The translations under genes were made by a program, and so were the position numbers. 29,898 bases of DNA from Candidatus Brocadiia bacterium (GTDB lineage Bacteria > Planctomycetota > Brocadiia > CAIUPP01), in the NCBI GenBank assembly GCA_050015075.1, contig JBEKCB010000041.1, positions 1-29,898 on the forward strand, given 5' to 3'. Position 1 is the stretch's first letter. Each line of letters begins with the position of its first letter. The notes below the pieces were generated by a model. That model ran no database searches. It was not told the DNA's origin and saw nothing but the letters and a program-made list of their open reading frames with translations. Below are positions 23,732 to 29,898 of this stretch, in pieces.

Positions 23732-24699
23732 CGTCCGCTCCCGCACTGCGCCCACAGGCATAAAATTCCGACGCGGGCGGCCAGAAACACCGCCAGGCAG
23801 CAGCCGACGCTGGCGAACATCAACGCGTTCGCGGCGGGAATGTGCCTTTTGTCCAGCTCGACGAGCGGGTCGCCGATCATCGGCTTCGGAGAGGGCTTGC
23901 CGAAATAGTAGTTGAGCCCGCCGAGCTGCACACCCAGTGCGCCGGCCACGGCGGCCTCGGCGAAGCCGGAGTTGGGGCTGGTGCTGTTGCGGGCGTCGCG
24001 CCGGAGCACCTTCCACGACTGCCTTGCCTGCCCGCGCAACAGCCACGTCGCCAGGCAGATGAGCGGCGCGGTCAATCGCGCGGGGATGAAGTTCGCCGCG
24101 TCGTCCAGGCGTGCCGAGGCCCAGCCGAACCGGAGGTACCGTTCGTTTTTGTAGCCGAACATCGAGTCGAGCGTGTTGATGGCGCGGTAGACCATGGCGC
24201 CGACCGGGCCGGCGATGGCGGCGAAGAGGAGCGGCGCGGTCACGCCGTCCACGATGCTCTCGGCCACGCTCTCGACCGCGGCGCGCGTGACGCCGCGCTC
24301 GTCGAGGCCGGCGGTGTCCCGTCCGACGATGAGGCCCACGCGCCGGCGCGCCTCGAGCAGGTCGCCCTGGACCAGCGCGCGGTACACGCTCATGCTGTGC
24401 TGCGCCAGGTCGCGCGCCGCGATGGTGGTGTAGATCAGCGCGATGCTCACGGCGACGGCCGCATACGGATGAATCGTCCCAGCCAGCCGCACCAGGCCCC
24501 ACGCCGCGCCGCCGGCGGCGGCGACGACCGCCAGCGCCGTGAGCACTCCCGCCGCACGGGCCGGCAGCACGGCGCGCGTGATCGTCTCGAGGCGCGCGGC
24601 CACCCAGCCGATCAGGCGCACCGGGTGCGGCAGCCAGCGCGGATCGCCGATCAACAGATCGAGCAGGACGGCCAGCAAAATCTGGTATTCCAGCCTCAT
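23728..24699 (-). CDS. cbiB: Adenosylcobinamide-phosphate synthase
   Basis: [52 protein letters not shown] and [19 protein letters not shown] 24699 overlaps the upstream stop (ATGA). Confidence 0.94.
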   Translation of the reverse strand: MRLEYQILLAVLLDLLIGDPRWLPHPVRLIGWVAARLETITRAVLPARAAGVLTALAVVAAAGGAAWGLVRLAGTIHPYAAVAVSIALIYTTIAARDLAQHSMSVYRALVQGDLLEARRRVGLIVGRDTAGLDERGVTRAAVESVAESIVDGVTAPLLFAAIAGPVGAMVYRAINTLDSMFGYKNERYLRFGWASARLDDAANFIPARLTAPLICLATWLLRGQARQSWKVLRRDARNSTSPNSGFAEAAVAGALGVQLGGLNYYFGKPSPKPMIGDPLVELDKRHIPAANALMFASVGCCLAVFLAARVGILCLWAQCGSGR

Positions 24700-27272
24700 C
24701 GCAATCGCATCAGCCGATAGATTCGTTCTATGTCGAGGCTCTCGCGCACCGCCTGCGCCAGGCGGTCGAGGGCCGGCTCGATGTCGTATCGCGCGCTCAC
24801 TGCGCCCTTCGGGACCCATCCGCGTCGCGCGCGGAGGCGGTCAACGAACCACCGCCGGAACTCGTCGGCGTCGAAGATGCCGTGCAGATACGTGCCCCAG
24901 ACGCGGCCGTCGCCCGAGGCGAAACCGACGGCCTCGCCGTCGCTGCGCCGCAGAATCACCTCATCCCCTTCGCCATCGGTGCGTCCGTGATGGATCTCGT
25001 ATCCGACGACGCGGCATCCGGAAGGGCCGTGCTTGCCTTTGGCGCGCAAGAGCGTCTTCTCGGAAGCCATCGTGGTCACGGCGTTCAGCAGCCCAAGGCC
25101 CAGGTCGCTTCCGGTGGCGGACTCGATCCGGCCGGGGTCGCGGATCTCGCGGCCGAGGAGTTGCAGCCCGCCGCAGATGCCGACGATCTCCGTCCGTCCG
25201 CCGCGCGCGAGGGAAAGGAGCCGCTCGGCCAGGCCGCTCTGGCGCAGGTAATGGAGATCGTGAAGGACGTTCTTGCTTCCCGGCAGGATGACGGCGTCCG
25301 GCTCGCCGAGTTCGTCGGCGGCTCGGACGATGCGCAGGCTCACGTCCTCCTCCACGCGCAGGGCGTCGAAGTCGGTGAAGTTGGAAATGTGCGGCAGGTC
25401 CACCACCGCGACCGTGACCGCCTCCGCGCTTTTCGAGCGTTCGTCGAGCGCTCCGCTTTTGAACTCGACCGAGTCCTCCTCGGGAAGGCCGAGGCGCTCG
25501 ATATACGGCACCACGCCGAGGACGGGCCTTCCGGTGTGCGCGAGGGTGTAATCGAGCGCGGATCCCAGCAGCGCGGCGTCGCCGCGGAAGCGGTTGACCA
25601 CCCAGCCGGCGACCAGCGCGCGTTCCCACGGCGCGAGCACTTCCATCGTGCCGACGAAAGAAGCGAAGACGCCTCCGCGGTCAATGTCGCCCACGATCAG
25701 GACCGGCGCCCGGGCGTACCGCGCCATCCGCATATTGACGATATCGCGGCTCTTGAGGTTGACCTCGCCGGGACTGCCGGCGCCTTCGAGGATCACCGCG
25801 TCGAACTCCGCGGCCAGCGCGTCGTAGCAGGACTCAACCGCGGCGACGGCCTGGTCCTTGTACCGGTCGTATCCGGCCACGCCCATGTTGCCCACCGCCC
25901 TTCCGCGCACGATCACCTGGCAGCCGGTGTCGGAGTTGGGCTTGAGGAGGATGGGGTTCATCCGCACGTCCGGCTCCAGGCGGCAGGCCTGCGCTTGGAC
26001 GACCTGGGCGCGACCCATCTCGCCGCCATCTCTTGTGACGAACGAATTGAGCGACATGTTCTGTGCCTTGAAGGGCGCGACGCGCACGCCGTCCTGGAGC
26101 AAAATCCGGCAAAGCGCCGCGGTGAGGATGCTCTTGCCGGCGTTGGAACTGGTCCCCTGGAACATGAGCGCGGCGGCGCGCCGAGGAGCGGCCTGTGTTT
26201 TCGGGACGCCGAGGAGACTCGCCAGCGCCGCGCAAAACCGCGCGTTCTCCTCTTCGGTGCGCACGGCGATGCGGAAGAAGCGGGCGTCAAGGTGCTGCTC
26301 TGGCGGGAACGTGCGTACGGCGATGCCCTCTTCCAGCAGACGCCGCGCGAGCGTCGGCGCATCCAGGTCGGCGCGGTTGAGACGCAGGAGCAGGAAGTTC
26401 GCCGCGCCCGGATAAACGTACAGGCCGGGCAGTTCCTGGAGCGCTTTGGTCAGTGACTCGCGCTGCGCGCGGACGTACTCGCGCGTGCGCCGCGCGTAGT
26501 CCGCGTCGGCCAGCGCCGCGACGCCGACCGCCTGGGCCAGCGAATTCACCGACCAGGGCAGCAGGCGGCGCCGGATGGTCTCCGCCGTCTCTGTGCGCGC
26601 CACGCCGAATCCAAGGCGCAACCCGGGAATGGCATAAAACTTGGTCAGCGAGCGCAGGACGACGACGTTCTCGGCGACGTCGCGCATCAGCGTGGCGTAG
26701 TCGGCAACGAACTCCGCAAAGGCCTCATCCACGACGAAGGTCGTGTCCGCATGATCGGCGGCGAATGCGCGGAAGTTTTCGGGATCGAACGCAAGGCCGG
26801 TGGGATTGTTCGGTTGGCCGAGAAAAACCATCTCGCCGCCGCGCAGCCGCTTCTCCAGCGCGGACCAGTCCAGCGCAAAGCCGGCGCGCTCGTCGAGCGA
26901 GAGCAGCGCGACTTCCATCTCCGCTTCGCGCGCGGCGGTCACGTAGTCCACGTAGCACGGCACGGGAATCACGGCGCGGCGGCGCTTCAATGCGCGCGCA
27001 GTGGTGAACAGCAACTCCGTCGAGCCGTTTCCGACGACGATCTGTTCCGCAGGCACGCCCGAATGACGCGCGATCGCGGCGACCAGCTCGCGGCTTTCCG
27101 GGTCGGGATAGTGGACGACCTGCTCCAGCGCAAGGCTGACCGTCGGGCGGAGGCAATCGGGCGGGCCGAGCGGGTTGACGCTGGCGCTGAAATCGAGGAG
27201 AGAAGCCGGCGAGAGGCCGGCGTCGCGGGCCAGCTCGCGCAGGTTTCCGCCATGGCGGCTCATGCGATCCAT
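24696..27272 (-). CDS. cobQ: Fusion of L-threonine-O-3-phosphate decarboxylase (CobD) and cobyric acid synthase (CobQ/CbiP)
   Basis: N-terminal half: [31 protein letters not shown] and [14 protein letters not shown] (PLP lysine). C-terminal half: [51 protein letters not shown] and GTYLHGIFD. Confidence 0.94.
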   Translation of the reverse strand: MDRMSRHGGNLRELARDAGLSPASLLDFSASVNPLGPPDCLRPTVSLALEQVVHYPDPESRELVAAIARHSGVPAEQIVVGNGSTELLFTTARALKRRRAVIPVPCYVDYVTAAREAEMEVALLSLDERAGFALDWSALEKRLRGGEMVFLGQPNNPTGLAFDPENFRAFAADHADTTFVVDEAFAEFVADYATLMRDVAENVVVLRSLTKFYAIPGLRLGFGVARTETAETIRRRLLPWSVNSLAQAVGVAALADADYARRTREYVRAQRESLTKALQELPGLYVYPGAANFLLLRLNRADLDAPTLARRLLEEGIAVRTFPPEQHLDARFFRIAVRTEEENARFCAALASLLGVPKTQAAPRRAAALMFQGTSSNAGKSILTAALCRILLQDGVRVAPFKAQNMSLNSFVTRDGGEMGRAQVVQAQACRLEPDVRMNPILLKPNSDTGCQVIVRGRAVGNMGVAGYDRYKDQAVAAVESCYDALAAEFDAVILEGAGSPGEVNLKSRDIVNMRMARYARAPVLIVGDIDRGGVFASFVGTMEVLAPWERALVAGWVVNRFRGDAALLGSALDYTLAHTGRPVLGVVPYIERLGLPEEDSVEFKSGALDERSKSAEAVTVAVVDLPHISNFTDFDALRVEEDVSLRIVRAADELGEPDAVILPGSKNVLHDLHYLRQSGLAERLLSLARGGRTEIVGICGGLQLLGREIRDPGRIESATGSDLGLGLLNAVTTMASEKTLLRAKGKHGPSGCRVVGYEIHHGRTDGEGDEVILRRSDGEAVGFASGDGRVWGTYLHGIFDADEFRRWFVDRLRARRGWVPKGAVSARYDIEPALDRLAQAVRESLDIERIYRLMRLR

Positions 27273-27381
27273 CCCGGCGCGCCTCGTTTCATTTCGCTGA
27301 AATCTTTTTCGATGTGACCGGCCGCGCCATCAAGTATCGTGTTCCGGAAGTAACGCGCATAAGTCCGGACCGCGTCACCCT

Positions 27382-27452
27382 GCTCGTAGTGTGCCGCTCG
27401 TAGTGTGCCCGTAAGGCATACGTTTATAGCGCTTGACGGCGCCACTACAAGC
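27382..27452 (-). repeat. GTAG-type REP doublet, copy 3 (inverted, with a 14-bp tandem duplication)
   Basis: Reverse complement is GCTTGTAGTGGCGCCGTCAAGCGC...CGTATGCCTTACGGGCACACTACGAGC. GCTCGTAGTGTGCC is present twice (27382-27395, 27396-27409). Confidence 0.85.
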
Positions 27453-27457
27453 TGCGA

Positions 27458-29113
27458 TCAGCCCTGCTTCGCCTTGCCTTCGACGCGCTGCGCCAGGCGC
27501 GCGCCGAGGCGCTGGAGCGCGGGCGAGATGTCGCCGGCGGCGAGTTCGACTTCGAGCAGGCTGTAGCTCCGCGTGTTCCGCAGGGCCGCGTCGAGCGCGG
27601 CGCGCAGCTCAGCAACGGTGCGGATGTGGAACGCCTGCCCGCTTTTCAGCAGCGCCGGCAGCCGGCAATACTCCCACTCGGCGATGTCGTTGAACGGGCC
27701 GTCCTTGATGAGCCGCTCGGTGCCGTAGCCGTGGTTGTTGAGGACGATGACGATCGGGTTGAGGCCGCGCCGCGCGGAGGTGGCCAGTTCCATCCCGGTC
27801 ATCAGGAACGCGCCGTCGCCGACGAGGACGAGCGGGCGCAGGTTCGGATTGGCCAGTTGCGCGCCGATCGAGGCGGGCACGGCGAACCCCATCGAGGCGT
27901 AATACGCCGGGCTGAGGAACTCCGTCCGCCGATGGATGGTCAGGTCGGCCGCGGCGAAGAGCGCGTCGCCGATGTCGGAGATCACCACCATGTCGTCGGC
28001 CAGGAATTCGTTGACGGCCTGGAAGAGCGCGCGCACGGTCACGCGCGAATCCGGGGCCGGCGTTCTTCCCCACGCCGGCGGGTGCGCCGGCAGCTTCGGA
28101 GCGGCGCGGCGGTGCAGCGGAGCCTTGAGCAGCGCCTTGAAAAAGCTGCGGAACGGGACGTTTTCGTAGCGGTGGCGGCGGACCATGAGCTTCTCGGACG
28201 TGGCGTAGACGGCGCGGTCCGGATCGAGGTGGGCGGTGAAAATTCCGAGGTTGATGTCGCTCATGAGGCAGCCGAGCATGATGAGGCAGTCGGCGGATTC
28301 GACATATCGCCGGACCTCGTCGCGGCCCATCGCGCCTTCGTAGATGCCCAGGTAGAGCGGGTGGCGCTCGGAGAAGACGCTCTTGCCCAGGAGCGTCGCG
28401 GCGACGGGGATGCGCGTCTTCGCCGCCAGTTCCAGCAGCGCGGCCTGGAGTCCGAAGCGGTGGACTTCCGCGTCGGCGAGGATCACCGGGCGCTTCGCGC
28501 AGTTGATCATCCCGACGGCCTCGGCGATGCACTCCGAGAGCGCGTCCGCGTCGGTCATCTCCTCGAGCGTCGGCAGGTGTGCGCGGTGAGCGCGCGCGAC
28601 GTGGACGCGGTCGCGCGGGAGCTCGATGAAGCCCGGCCGCTTGTAGCGCTCGATGGCGTGCAGGACGCGGTCCACCTCCTGGTATGCCGTCGCCGGGTCG
28701 TCGAGCGAGGCGACCGCGACGGTGATGTGGCTGAAGATTTCGCGCTGGGTCGAGAAGTCGCGGACGCGGTGATGGAGCAGCGGGTCGCGGGCGCGTTCGG
28801 CCACGCCGGGCGCGCCGGAGATGACGAGGACGGGCGATTTTTCCGCCCACGCGCCGGCGACGGCGTTGGTGAGGCTGAGCCCGCCGACGCAGTAAGTCAC
28901 GCACGCCACGCCGAGCCCGCGCAGCCGCGCGTAGGCGTCGGCGGCGAGTCCCGCGCAGTCCTCGCGCGTCATGCCGACGAACTCGATGGGGCCTTTCTCC
29001 ACGAGCGCGTCGAATTCAAGGATGTAGTCGCCCGGCACCCCGAACATGTGCCGCGCGCCCCGGCGGTGACACTCCTGGATCAGGTACTGCCCGATCGAGA
29101 CCGACCTGCCCAT
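27458..29113 (-). CDS. TPP-dependent alpha-keto acid decarboxylase (pyruvate/indolepyruvate decarboxylase family)
   Basis: FGVPGDY, REDCAGLAADAYAR, TYCVGGLS, LHH, and the TPP motif GDGAFLMTGMEL...NNHGYGTER. ATG 29113 follows AGGAG. Confidence 0.92.
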   Translation of the reverse strand: MGRSVSIGQYLIQECHRRGARHMFGVPGDYILEFDALVEKGPIEFVGMTREDCAGLAADAYARLRGLGVACVTYCVGGLSLTNAVAGAWAEKSPVLVISGAPGVAERARDPLLHHRVRDFSTQREIFSHITVAVASLDDPATAYQEVDRVLHAIERYKRPGFIELPRDRVHVARAHRAHLPTLEEMTDADALSECIAEAVGMINCAKRPVILADAEVHRFGLQAALLELAAKTRIPVAATLLGKSVFSERHPLYLGIYEGAMGRDEVRRYVESADCLIMLGCLMSDINLGIFTAHLDPDRAVYATSEKLMVRRHRYENVPFRSFFKALLKAPLHRRAAPKLPAHPPAWGRTPAPDSRVTVRALFQAVNEFLADDMVVISDIGDALFAAADLTIHRRTEFLSPAYYASMGFAVPASIGAQLANPNLRPLVLVGDGAFLMTGMELATSARRGLNPIVIVLNNHGYGTERLIKDGPFNDIAEWEYCRLPALLKSGQAFHIRTVAELRAALDAALRNTRSYSLLEVELAAGDISPALQRLGARLAQRVEGKAKQG

Positions 29114-29205
29114 CCTGCGCTCCTGACTGTGAACCACGCTGCTCCGCCACCGACGCTATTCTACGGGGCGATGGGCGCGAGGGCAAGGCGGCGGAGATTG
29201 GCCTT

Positions 29206-29898
29206 TCAACAGGGTGAGATTCGGTCAAACATCCCTCCATGGAGCGCATCATGGAGACCCTTGCGGTGCAGGAAATCCATCGGGAAGCCGAGTTCGATTT
29301 CGCTGGCCTCATCCAGCCGCCTGATCTGCTGCGCGTCGAGGGACCATTCGAGACAACGCAGGTTGTCCTGGAGCTGGGAAAGTTTGCGCGCGCCCAGGAT
29401 CGGGACCATGCCGCGTTTGGGGCGCAGCCAATTGAGGGCCACCTGCGCGGGCGATTTGCCGGCGCCCCTGGCGACCTCGACGACAGCGGCGGCGATGGCC
29501 AGGTTGCGCTCGGACATCTTCTCCACCGAGGGCCACTTCTCCAGGCGTTTTTCCTCCGTGGAGCCCGGGGCGTATTTGCCGGTCAGCAGCCCGCTCGCCA
29601 GTGGCGACCACGCGGCGATGCCCAGGCCGAGCGCCTCGGCCATCGGCAACAGCTCGCGCTCGGGCGTGCGCTCGATCAGGTTATATTCGATTTGCAGCCC
29701 GATGAACGGCGTCCAGCCGCGCAACTCCGCGAGCGTGTTCGCGCGCGCAATCCACCAGGCCGGAGCGTTGGAGACGCCGATATAAAGAATTTTGCCGCCG
29801 CGCACGAGATCGTCCAGGCCGCGCATCACTTCCTCGATGGGCGTCAGTTCGTCCCAGGCGTGGACCCAATAGATATCGAGGTAGTCCACGTTGAGGCG
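29206..29898 (-). CDS. Aldo/keto reductase (5' part outside the window)
   Basis: DYLDIYWVHAWD, GKILYIGVSN, QIEYNLIER, AWSPLASGLLTGKY, AQVALNW and PILGARKLSQLQDNL. Confidence 0.93.
   Translation of the reverse strand, partial: RLNVDYLDIYWVHAWDELTPIEEVMRGLDDLVRGGKILYIGVSNAPAWWIARANTLAELRGWTPFIGLQIEYNLIERTPERELLPMAEALGLGIAAWSPLASGLLTGKYAPGSTEEKRLEKWPSVEKMSERNLAIAAAVVEVARGAGKSPAQVALNWLRPKRGMVPILGARKLSQLQDNLRCLEWSLDAQQIRRLDEASEIELGFPMDFLHRKGLHDALHGGMFDRISPC

Noticed and set aside
23732-24502. 257-aa N-terminal extension of CobO in the ORF track
   Set aside because: It overlaps cbiB in another frame. The ATGA-coupled start at 23731 gives a normal-length CobO.
27273-27457. Cobalamin riboswitch upstream of the cob genes
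   Set aside because: No recognisable B12-box or conserved GGGAA elements, and much of the gap is occupied by a REP.

Overview
High-GC bacterial chromosomal window. The style of the PilM and secretin proteins and the dksA-lspA pairing suggest Planctomycetota; this is an inference. From left to right it holds: (1) a 5'-truncated GxxExxY (PD-(D/E)xK) gene bracketed by inverted arrays of a 9-nt-period CAC/GTG repeat, a family 2 glycosyltransferase, and a type II toxin-antitoxin pair (RelE/ParE-like toxin plus addiction-module antitoxin); (2) an HI0933-family flavoprotein, an hsp20 with a sigma-54 promoter, dksA-like, lspA, pabB and miaA; (3) an ~11 kb type IV pilus/T2SS-like envelope cluster made of a PilM-PilN fusion, PilO-like and PilP-position proteins, a secreted repeat protein with five Y-[EQ]-x6-E-x-x-E-H motifs, a ~1250-aa TPR-secretin and a small membrane-anchored protein; (4) on the minus strand, a secreted metallophosphoesterase, a polytopic membrane protein, late cobamide genes (cobD-cobQ fusion, cbiB, cobO), a TPP-dependent 2-keto acid decarboxylase and a partial aldo/keto reductase. 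The intergenic spaces contain at least five families of small palindromic or MITE-like elements. Several are nested, and several sit exactly at stop codons. The most promising leads are the inverted-repeat-flanked GxxExxY cassette with an apparent gene-less copy at ~10.4 kb, and the unusual secretin cluster. No rRNA, tRNA, CRISPR array or transposase gene was recognised. All family assignments come from motif recognition by eye, not from database searches.
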